From Antedon mediterranea (Eukaryota > Animalia > Echinodermata), in assembly GCF_964355755.1 (NCBI RefSeq), contig NC_092673.1, positions 2,232,001 through 2,296,000 of the forward strand: 64,000 nt of DNA. Direction: 5' to 3'. The position numbers and the translations under genes were made by a program. The notes beneath the pieces were generated by a model. That model ran no database searches, was not told the origin of the DNA, and saw only the letters and a list, made by a program, of their open reading frames with translations. Each line of letters begins with the position of its first letter. Position 1 is the stretch's first letter. Positions 52,780 to 64,000 of this stretch are shown here, one piece after another.

Positions 52780-53682
52780 CCGTATATTTCGGTGTATAAG
52801 TCGCACTTTTGACACGCAAATTTGACCTCTAAATTTAGGGTGCGTCTTATACACCGAACATAAATGCCTCACCACAGAGATTGTACATAGGCCTAGGCTA
52901 TCGTCACCTCGTTTTCTAGGCCTGAGTAGGCTAGGCCTAGCTACAGTAACTAACTAACGTAACGGCAACCTGCTTCTGCCTAGGCCTAGTTTTCAAGTCA
53001 TTTTAGCATGATGTTATACTAAATATGATGAAAAGATTTGTTCATTATGGCGCTCCGATAAAATATCATTTGTAAACGTTTACGTCGTACAATTGGAATA
53101 GTATTTATTTATACAGTAGTTATACCAGGGAAGAGTTAAATTACATTAACTCTTCCCTGGTTATACGCACGATCGCCGTACCCCAAGCGCAAGCCCTTCT
53201 TTTGGTACGGTGGCACATGGCGTACGGTATTCGACTAGTATATTCTCCAGGTGATTATAGCATGGACCTAGCGTACACACTTCTCGGATACATAGATACT
53301 ATTCGAATACGATTGTCCGTGAAAACGTGCGCCCTCTCGAAATGATCGAGCGAGGCTAGCCCACACACGTGCGTGTTACACACACGGTCATGCACTCGAT
53401 GTTGCGGCGAAACTCATGAATAACAAGTTAGAAAGAACTTGTTGAGGCTGGGCGCGGCCGGCGTGGCCGAGCCTAGGTAAGAAAAAACCTAAATAAAGGA
53501 CGCCGTTGTAGATATAACAAAATATATTATTACAATAATATTGATTACAATTTAAAAAAACAATGTTTTGATGAAATATAAGGTGCGTCTTATACATCGA
53601 CGATATAAAAAATACCGATATTTTACTCTCAGTTGGGGGTGCGTCTTATACACAGGTGCGACTTATACACCGAAATATACGG
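52780..53682. mobile_element. Non-autonomous Tc1/mariner (pogo-like) element
   Basis: Perfect 27-bp TIR CCGTATATTTCGGTGTATAAGTCGCAC, TA on both flanks, internal GGTGCGTCTTATACA repeats, no transposase ORF. Confidence 0.85.
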
Positions 53683-54049
53683 TATATTTAATAGGTATGT
53701 TATTGAGAATTTCCGTTTTAGTTAAGATATACATCTAAAAGTACAACTTTAAAAAAAAAAGAACGATCATCAAATAATAACTCAACGAACCAGTTGAATC
53801 ACATTTGATGATCTTGTTAAAGGATTTATCATCAGTTAATTGACTGAAACTAGTCGCTAAAAATGACTAATTCCATCCAGATTTTTCGGTCATATTACAT
53901 GCACCATACGGTTTGAATTTGTGAGAAAACATATGTGAACGGTGGAAGTGCTGAGGACAAAAACCAGCACATTAATATTATCATTTCGTCTTTAATTAGT
54001 TTCGTTGGTAATTAGACAGTGCAAAAAATAAACTTTAAGACGGTTTTTA

Positions 54050-54800
54050 ATTAGACGCAAGTGTATGTGTAGGTGGGCCTTCAGGGATTAGTACTGGTGT
54101 CACTTGTAAGGATGGAGACAGGGGGTGTGGTCTGGCCATCAACACAAGCATCACTATCCCACCTGGCCTGGATGGGTGGAAAACGTGCGTTCGTTTAACT
54201 GCAAGTCATTTTAATCAGAAGTCGAGCAACACGTTATTACTGGCCTAGACAAGCTTTAAAAGAAGTGGTTATTAAGTGCAATTAACGACTGATACATGAC
54301 AACTGTTTGGGCTGTCAGGAAGGTCTCAGGAGGTTGGACAACACCATACTCAGTGAACTGACAATTCACGCTGACCTTGGGTGTAAAGGATATCCTGTTT
54401 TATAAAAACCACTTTTGAACTTGCGTACACCGTCTGTGAGTGGCTCAAAAACTTCCACGGTACGCACCACGGCTGACGCAAGTCATAGATGTCACAAGAC
54501 TTTGTTTACCAACGCCGAACACTATTTCTGGATAATGGTACCTACATACGATTACTGACGCAAACCTATAATTTGCGGCTACCAGTTACAACTCAGGATA
54601 AATAGGCATTAGGTTTCTTGGCGGACCACTTATATATCAGACACCAGGTTTAATAACTTCAGTTTAGAGGAAGTCACCGTCAGACCAACACAAGCGGAAG
54701 AGTGAAAGCAAACGAGCAAAGAATTTTACAACAATAAGCTACTGCGACCATTTATACGCTTCTAGTCAATCTGGGACCAGCTTGCTTTTCTCATATTGGT
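54050..54800 (+). mobile_element. Highly degraded LINE-like (CR1/L2) relic
   Basis: GC-elevated island with faint echoes of ORF2 C-terminal motifs (FELAYTV, IWDQL); many stops and frameshifts. Confidence 0.3.
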
Positions 54801-57800
54801 CATATATTATTGCTGTAAGTAGTTAAACCGCGTCATTACTTATACAAGTCTCGTTAACTCAACTGCACCAATCCACGCAACTCTATACATCCAATTGGAA
54901 TACCAACCTTTGAATTTTTTTCTCCTGAAAGTGGTAAGCTCAATTTTACTTTGTTAAATTTGTACTAATGTAAACTAAACTGAAATATTACCATGGTCAG
55001 AATTGTATGCAGTTTTCATTTTAGTAATTTTTTTTTTAAATGTTTTTGATCCTTTTACTATTATTAAGTAATGTTACTAAAATAAATAAGTTGTAATGAA
55101 AACAAATTCTATAAATAACCATATACTGAGGTATCCATCGTTTGCGGCTGATTTGGTTGGATTACTTTTTAGCTGACAGCCGTAAACAATGGCTATCGTC
55201 AATATCTATATCCACTACATCAAAATTTAGAAGAATCAGATTACAAGCAGATAAAAATAATGTTGAAACATTTTATTTTATAATAATAAACCAAGACAAA
55301 TTTTTTTTTCCAAATGTATTATTATCAAGACAATAATTTCAATTTTAAGCAACACTAAAAACAATTTAAATTACAGTTAAGTAAGCTCTCTTTACTAAAG
55401 GAAAACAAAAATACCAGAAATTGTTGTTCAAAACAGAAAATTGCGGTTGATATTCGAACAATATAACCTCGTTATAGGATAAATTAATTAGCAATAATCC
55501 TAGTGAATGTGCCTTCTTCCTTTTGGAGCTGTGACTGATATCTGGTAGAGTTAATATACAAGGTCTTAATTAGCTTTCCTTAATGAACCATTTCCTGACT
55601 TTGTTTGATACCATTGTTCATATCATTGGACCTTGACAAATATGAAAATCATCATATTTTTTCACGTTAAATTCAAAACAAAAATTGTCAGGTAATAAAA
55701 AAAGAAATATATTTGGCACAATGTAAACATACTGTACTGTACTAGTATATTTAAATTTCAATTTTGTTAACATTTACTGAGTGTCTTAAAATTGTGTTTA
55801 ACTATCATTATCATCATCATTTATTTATGTTGTCATGGTTACCACAGTACTGATGTAGTAGAAAATTAAAATCAGTTTTTTCCATCAACACAAAAATGGA
55901 AACAGAGAAAGATAATTTAAATAAATTCAAAAATATCTGAAAAAATTGAAGCATTTGAAACTAAACCATCTGTCACTCACAAGTCATCAAATTCTTAATA
56001 TTACACAGTTTGAATAAACATGAAAATTATAAAATATGTTGAAATACACGTTGGACGACAAGTGGACATTTACTTAACGAGAAATCGCAATGTGATTAGA
56101 CGTAAAATGTTACACTAGGGGTAGTGTTAATATTTTTTTAAAAACATCGCAACATTTTGGTAAACAACTGGTATATGTCGAAATGTTTGCAGTTAAAATC
56201 GAAAATATAAAAAGATATTTATGACATATCTATGCTCTAAACAAAAAAAAACATTTTGAGAATCTAAGTACAAACAAGAATTCATATTTTGCAAAGCACA
56301 TGTCACGGTTTATAGGGCTGCTGGGCATGACGGTAATTATCTAATGGTCTATCACTCACTATAATGGACACACGTGTAGTACGTATGCAAGCACATGGAC
56401 ACACTAGTGTCAAGTACACGGCCTGGTTTAAATGGCGTATGCACAGTTTATCACAGTGCTATGGGTATTGTAAAAAGATTTTGTCTATTGTATTTTATAT
56501 CCGTGATTGTAATAAATCTTCATGAAAAAAAAATTGAGAATATTTAAAAATTTATATTTAAAAATGTTGCATAATAGAAAAAACATTTATTTTAGACAAA
56601 AACATACAGTAACTGTATAAATATAGTATTATTAAATATTATCATTCATTTGAAGTTATCACCACAGAAACTGTGGCACTCAGGTAAAATGCATCATCTC
56701 AGGTCACTGGGTCCAAATCCTTTGCCTCAGTTCTATAAAATTTGTCACGATAGCCATACGTTTTGGTAGACTCATACTATATAAAACTTTAACAAGTTAG
56801 AAATAATAAAATAAATATGGTACTTGGTTTCATCAACTAGCGTTGTTCAGGTGTCATGGGTCAACTTTGGTTTGTAGGAACCCACTTACTCAGGTAAATA
56901 ATTAAGCCTGAATGGGCACATAAGAATGTACTGCTAATGAAATTTCAAAATCTACCAGACACTTTCAACAGAATGCTAAGTGTGGATTATAAATATCAAA
57001 TTCATCTACAAAAGATGGCCAAGTTTTCTAAAGTTTAATAATATTTCTTAATCAAAAAATAACTATACTTAAACTTTATATATACAAAACTTGTTGTTTT
57101 CCATAGTGAATTCAAAAATTAAATTAGTATCTAAAAATTAATTTTAACATTTGATTTTAATTCTTGCCATTACAGGACATTTTGATCACTAAGGAGTTGC
57201 AATACAGAAATTATTAAAGTTATTAAATATATCACTGTGGAACAGTATAAATTATAGGTTAAGCATTATTAAATATATGACTGTGGAACAGTATAGGTTA
57301 GCATTATTAAATATATCACTGTGGAACTGTATAGGTTAGCTTGACTGTAGTCTACTGTAGTGTTAAACACAAAATAAACATAAACTTTCTTTGTAATCTT
57401 TTATAAACGTGGTTTTTATAACCAAATCTCCAGATATATATTGTGTTGACATCTTGGTACCCCTGGACAATATAACTGGACAATATAACTGACCAGTATA
57501 AAACTTTAACGAGAGACTGATGTTGTTTCTTTTCTAGGATGTCAGTTTGTCTATAATCTTAACATCCCGATGCGTATGTTCTTTTTAACAAAGTGTCAAT
57601 AATACCGTTTATATAAGATTATCACAATTCAACACCTTTTCTTATAATAAGAAACAAACCATATTTTAAAAATATCAAATTACATTAAAAATATGATAAA
57701 TCATAAGCAATATAATATCACATATTAATTTAAGATTGTGTTCGTTCAAGCAATAAAGTTTTTCTGTGTTTTTTCACTTTGAAGCATCTACTACAAACAG

Positions 57801-59173
57801 TAAAGGTCATCTCTTGGGATTTGGACAAACTAAAAATGAAATTAGTCTAAAGGAGAATTTAATTGATTCCTCTGTAAACCATGTTTAATATCAGATATAA
57901 TTTTAAAATATCATATTCTATTAAATGTATAGCGCTTGATGTCATGGAAATGTTTTATAAATTGATTTTTAACTACAATCATAAAAACATTGCTATTAAT
58001 GTTATAGGTCGTGCTCAAAGAGGGGCGGCAAATTATATACATTCCTTTTATATTGAATACCTATGGTAATGCATATCTCCAGTATGAAGACGTAAAAATG
58101 GTATTGTTTTTGTAAGTTGTATAAAAACCAAAATTCTAGAACAGTTTTTGTATTTGAAAATACTAATGCTTAATTTGATTTCATTCAATTACATAAATTA
58201 TTCATTAAACATTATAAAATATGGCTAAACAAATTTAAATAAAACTAAACAAATTTACAATTGAAAATCTTTCTAAAACCATATTTACAGTCATATTCTT
58301 TATCGGAGTTTAGGTTAGTCTTATTTTGCATTTAAAGGCAAAGTTACACAATTAATCGCAGTTGTAATCAATCGGGTGGGAAGCTAAAGTGGGAGTTAAA
58401 GTTAATCAGGTGAACCTCCGAAGCCTATCGGAGTTAACGACATTGTTGGTATAACAGATCATACAAGCACAATGTAGGTAGTTACTCGAATACAATTTAG
58501 ATCAGCTTAACTCTTTTCTATGCACAATTAATCTAGTGTGTGTGAACACAGCTATCGGAGTTAATGATGATGCACAAAGTTAACTGATCACACATGCTTG
58601 TAACTCGGATATAATTTAGACCAGCTTTACTCTCTTCTATGCAAGCTTAACTTTAGTGTGTGTGAACACAATAGTAGTTAAAAATATTTGAAATCAATTA
58701 ATTACAACCAGTCAATCAAAAGTCTAAACTGATTAATCAAACAAAATACCGGAATTTACAATACTACTACAGGTACAGTAGTTAAGCCTTTTATTGGTAG
58801 ATTTTCTATAAAGCTTTCGTTCTCATCACTAAATTATTCCAAGGCCAGTGGTAATGTCAACATTTGGATGATGTTTTGAGGCTGTAAAACCACATTTAAA
58901 TAAGAACCTTAATTGACACTAATTGGTATTAGTCCGTGTTCATTTGAGAGTATTTGCATTGAATAGCAATTAAATGCTTCTCCTATCTACAGGTTAAAAT
59001 ATGTCCTGATTTTAACATCATCATTTGTGACACTATGAATATTCCCACCTGACATTGATTTAGTAAACAACATTTTTACAAATTTAAAAATAGATTATAA
59101 GAGTAGTCTTTGCAGTGTACCATGGTGTACTGCAAACCTAACTTAACCTAACCTAACTTCACTAGTGTGTACT

Positions 59174-59331
59174 TAGACTAGCTCCAAGTCTGTAGTTATT
59201 GTCTTTTTCATGTTAGTCCACCAGTCGGCTTTTCAATTTTATTGTATACGTATGAAACGGCATATGTGCCAAAATATTTATCTTTGTACTAATATTATTA
59301 AGTTAAAAAACTCTGTCTAGAACCTAGACAA
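59174..59331. mobile_element. Short deletion derivative of the 14231-15174 element, inverted
   Basis: Both termini and about 85 bp of subterminal sequence match the reverse complement of 14231-14315. Flanked by GTGTGTACT / GTGTGTATT (8 of 9 TSD positions). Confidence 0.65.
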
Positions 59332-61254
59332 GTGTGTATTCACTTTACCAACCTTTCAACAATACAATTCCCATTTTATTAATCTAAGACCTAACATTGT
59401 TGTTTGTTGTAATTAAATAAAATCCTTTTTATACAGTATTGTGTACAATTTTAAAATATTATTATTTCCACGACAATAATAACAAAAAGCAGTAACTGAT
59501 TACGTATGTAGTCTTTAAACTGATTATACAAAAAGCAATGTATAAAGTATTACTAGGGTTCTTGGCCATTCAAACAATATTATTTCATTATTAAGTTAAA
59601 TCGCTGAATAATATATCTTAAAGTCTACCACTTTGTTTTTGAACACTTTGCATATACTGTATAATAGAATTAGTATAGCTATTATTGGGAAAAAACATTT
59701 ACAATCTGAAGCCAAAATACCTGCTTGGTTCCTGTTGGCAAGAGCGATAACGAACATGTATCAATCAAAATAACGGTCTACACCGGTAATAGAATGGATG
59801 GCGAACAGCGCAAAGGGACTCGGCCAAACTGGTCCTGTAAACAGACTTTGCTGCACGTACAGTTCTTTTGCGAAACAACCATAGTAGAGTTATCTATATC
59901 CTACAGAAGTGTGAAGGCCCAGTGGGAATTGCAATTGTGGCATGTTCAACCCAGGAGAAGTAGTGATCCTTTAGATTCGTCACCGTTACCAGGTTGTTGA
60001 TGCGGTTATTATGGAAGTACAGGAGCGACGTTAACTTAAGGATAAAAACAGCTTTTTATCAAACATTGATTCTATTGCTTGAAAAAAAATATTCACAAGA
60101 AAACATATGGCAAGAATTAAAAAATTACTTTATGATTATTAAAACAAATTAATAGCTAGACAAATGTTCCTATTTTTTAAAGATTATGTAATTTGAATGA
60201 CTTAATCCTGTACGCACAAGTTACTGTGTTATTTCAATACTTGATATTTCATATTCACCAGGAAAATATAAATGAATTACATCAAGTTAATTAACAGGGA
60301 AAGGAAGGCGCTTAGCAGGTGCCTGGGGGCTGGGAAAACATCTGTTACTTGCGAATAAATACATGATTCTGTATCAAGATTTATTTTTCAAAGCAGACGA
60401 ATTTTTAATAATTTAATTCATTTACTTTTGTACATAGTTCTTATTGGCACCCAAAAGAGTTATTTTTTCATTTTGTTTTTAAATAGTTTTATTGACTTAT
60501 TTATTCAGACATAAATGTAGGCTAAATAAATATATATATATTTCTTAACCACATATTGATAAGTATATCAAAATCTTTTTTTCTTTTCATGTAAAATTAA
60601 TTGATGTATGTACAGTATTAAGTGAAGGCCCCATTATATTTTGAAATGTGGAGGTAAAAGCTTACACCCACTATAAAGTTCTAGAACCCAATTTCATTTT
60701 GAATGGGGGGTAAAAGCCTATCCGCGAATCAACATAGCATATACCTTGATATAATTACCTTGTAATTACTATCGACAAAATCATGTGAAAAATAAATTTA
60801 CGCTCAATAGTGCTAAAGCTATAAATAAGTGACTGGGGGTAAACGTGGGAATTCCTAATTACTATGGGCTGGTTTGCTGCTTCGGGTTAGAACATTCCCA
60901 AACAGCTGCAAGGCTAGAATCCAAAGTGCTTGCCTATGTACCAGTAGCATAGGAAAATTAAATACGTATTAATTTCCCTTGTTAAATCCCATGGGCGGAG
61001 TGAGAAATATCAGCAGTGACAGAGTGATTATGAGAAAGGTTAAACTGGTGGTTCGTCGTCGTCGTATCCCTTCTTTGCTTACACACGTGCCACGAATCTA
61101 CAACAAAACTCTGACATCTGGGGAAGGGTCCGGTCAAGGCTAACCAATGGTCTTGGGAGCAGTGCGTATGTTTAACACATTTCAGAATCTAGAGTGTGAT
61201 GTACATTGTAAGCATTAATACACTAATTCAAGGCACTAATGCTTATTTCATTAA

Positions 61255-61351
61255 AGCTCTGTTTACACTATCAAATTAGTTTGACAAAAAACATTATCAT
61301 GTCCATATATGGGCACATCACATTATTTTGTTTGACAGTGTAGACAGAGCT
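61255..61351. mobile_element. MITE family A copy (internally deleted)
   Basis: AGCTCTGTTTACACT...AGTGTAGACAGAGCT termini. Confidence 0.75.
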
Positions 61352-62373
61352 TTAGGCTAGTAAAATATATTTTTCATTAATTGCAGTTATCATAGTACTT
61401 GGTATCTAACAAAAGTTGATAATTATTTCATCATTGGGAGCTAATGATACAATAAGCAAATTAAAATCTATAGCAAAATGTTTAATTAACCAAACGAAAA
61501 ACCTACGGTCTTTGAAAAACAATACATTGAGACCATGAATGTGTCAACATACTCATTTAAAATATTCAAAGTTTAAACTCTCATTATAAAAGTTCAAAAT
61601 TATTCTATTTATCCTTGACTAGAGCATTAGGCACTGCCCTTCAAATTGGACATCTAGCTGTTGGCAACATAGAATACACAATGCTTGAATATATTATTTT
61701 TTCAAATGAGGAGATTGGTTTTTACCAAGGATAATTTTACTTCCTTTCATGTTATAATTATTTCGCGTGTCGTGTACGAATGTTAAAGAGATTGCCACGT
61801 TAAGATTAATATTCGTTCGTTGCCAATATTTGTAATTGTACGGTGTAATAATAATATACAATCAGATATCAAGAGATGTCAGTATTGACAAACATATCAG
61901 GAATTGCAATATTTTCAAACCTTTAATTACAAAACTTATTTATATACTGTACAGTACGTTTCAAAGATTTTATTTATTTATTTAAAACATATTTAAACAG
62001 GATAAAAACATATCAGGTATAGATATTCAGGAGGCCCCTATTTAGGGGATACCCCTATTTAAGGGATACCCCTATTAAGGGGACACCAATATTCAGAGGA
62101 CATATTTAGACAGGTTTACATATGGTCCTGTTTTTTGTTTAGCAACAGATTAAAAACATTCATAAAAAACATTAAAAAACTTACAATAAAAACTTTAAAA
62201 TCTCAATACAAAGACAGACAATATTTACAGTGTTAAAAAGGAGAGAAAATAAAAGGGAAATATAAATGAATTGTTCAGAACATTTTTACAAATATAGTAA
62301 AAAATAGTCTAAAAAGAGAACATTCCTAAACTACAATTGTAAAATAAAACTGGATGAAGATGAAGATGTATAT

Positions 62374-62582
62374 AAACGTATGGCCTAAGCACCTTTACTT
62401 CTGCTGCCTCTTGCTTATGGAATGACCTACCGGCCTCTATTAGGTCATGTTCTTATACCATTGCCTTTAAATCTGCCTTGAAAATTCATCTTTTTCTTTC
62501 AAATTGAGCTCTCATACACCGCGCCTTTGATCACTTACTGCTGGAATTGGCGCATTACAAATTCGTACTATTATTATTATTA
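62374..62582 (+). mobile_element. 5'-truncated L2/CR1-clade LINE 3' end
   Basis: Encodes YGLSTFTSAASCLWNDLPASIRSCSYTIAFKSALKIHLF, an ORF2 C-terminal signature, followed by a GCGCC...GGCGC stem-loop and a (TTA)n tail. Confidence 0.8.
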
Positions 62583-62994
62583 CAGTATTATCCAAAAGAC
62601 GTTTTTTTTTGCAAATTATGATTAGCATGTGTCAATCAGTCAATCATGTCAACAGTGTAATAATGGTATTTCCATGGACATTTAACATTACAATTAACAC
62701 TTAATTATTAATTACTTAATTACAGTAATAATGACAGATGATTTAATTTCAGCTTTAGCTGTAATACCATCTAACCACGGTAAAAATGATTTCCTAATTT
62801 GAATTAAAACACGAACAGGAAAGCGGCCTATTGTCACTTTCTGACCGGATCTGTATCACACAATTTCCCACCCGTTCTGAGAGCTGTTTCACACGGAGAG
62901 CACAAGGGTAAAGTTCACCCCTTTTTAGGGGTTGAGTGAGGAGATCGTTCAATAAGCAAACATTTTTATACAAAAAAAAAGCAGATGGAATTTA

Positions 62995-63095
62995 TGGGGA
63001 CACACCTATTCAGGGGACTCATCCATTGGGACAACCCTATTCAGGGGACTCCTCTATTGGGACACCTCTATTCAGAGGACATCCCTATATTTAAG
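62995..63095. repeat. Degenerate GGGGACACCCCTATT tandem array (dispersed family)
   Basis: Similar arrays at 62024-62103 and 4425-4460. Confidence 0.6.
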
Positions 63096-64000
63096 GAACA
63101 TGAAATGGAAAAGGGGCAATATATGTTTTTTAACACTATGGTCAACCCATATTTAGGGGACTTCTCCAGGCCTGGTCTTTTAAGGCAAGTGAGTGCGATA
63201 ACTCACCTAACACACTCCTAAACTGCCCTTGAGGAGTGCGATTTACAACACGCCTTAATTTGGTAAACTTCTACACACGAAAATACAAACAGCACATCTA
63301 CAGCACCCCTGATTGAATTGAGGAGTGCAATTTGTAGCACACCTATGTTTCAAAAGACAATGCCTGCTCCTCTATTAAGTAACTATAATAATAATTATCT
63401 CACATACTATTGCACGCCATGTGACCCACAATTGTCCAATCAAATGACAGGAATTTATTTACGTGTTATATAATAATAATTATCTCACATACTTTATCTA
63501 TAGATTGAATGTATTACTATTAGAAATGGCGCTACATTTTATACATCAAAACTGTACATGTGAAATCGCAATGCAACAGATGTCTCAACACAATTATATC
63601 AGACTAACCTCGCTTTACGATACTGTTAATTTTCATTATCGATGAACAAAGTTTAATAAAGTTAACAAATCAGTTCATTAGGATTGATAAAACTACAGTT
63701 CAACATTTTATAGCATTTTTTATCTATCTTATTCAATAATGACTCAAACAGGGGGAGTAAGGTCTTTAGGGGTAAGACTCTAAGGAATTTTTAGTTTAAC
63801 ACATCTGAACTTTTGAAATCCAATAGAGGACAAATAATTAGCTTATTAACGGTTTTCGTTTTTTAACGCAGACATTTTATGAAACAAATTAATTTATATG
63901 ATGTTCTTCAGGTTCAAAAGTAATCATTTTAATGTAAATCAAATTGAATTATGTAACATTATCATGTTAATAATTTATAAATATAATTATATAATGTGTG

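Overview
AT-rich, intron-rich animal genomic DNA, not prokaryotic; a marine invertebrate, possibly an echinoderm, by inference from the repeat content. I reconstructed five protein-coding genes by hand from splice sites and reading frames. (1) An intronless small heat-shock (alpha-crystallin domain) gene with a long proline-rich tail, minus strand. (2) ZDHHC16 palmitoyltransferase, minus strand, 8 coding exons, with one U12-type intron and a tandemly duplicated alternative last exon. (3) FNTA, the farnesyl/geranylgeranyltransferase alpha subunit, plus strand, 7 exons, divergent from ZDHHC16. (4) A TEX36-like HDNR-domain gene, plus strand, 4 exons. (5) The 3' six coding exons of MAEA (CTLH/GID E3 ligase subunit), minus strand, with a 6.8-kb U12 intron; its upstream exons appear to lie beyond the window. 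The rest is non-coding and rich in MITEs, SINE and LINE relics and minisatellites. Most notable: the duplicated terminal exon of ZDHHC16, two minor-spliceosome introns, an AcademH-like element with 9-bp TSDs and terminal hairpins in two copies, a Penelope-type minimal hammerhead ribozyme on the MAEA strand, a triplicated exon-end plus splice donor in FNTA, and TAGGCCTA/CTAG clusters at gene 5' ends. Most short ORFs in the supplied track are spurious. All identifications come from reading the sequence and recalled family motifs; no searches were run.
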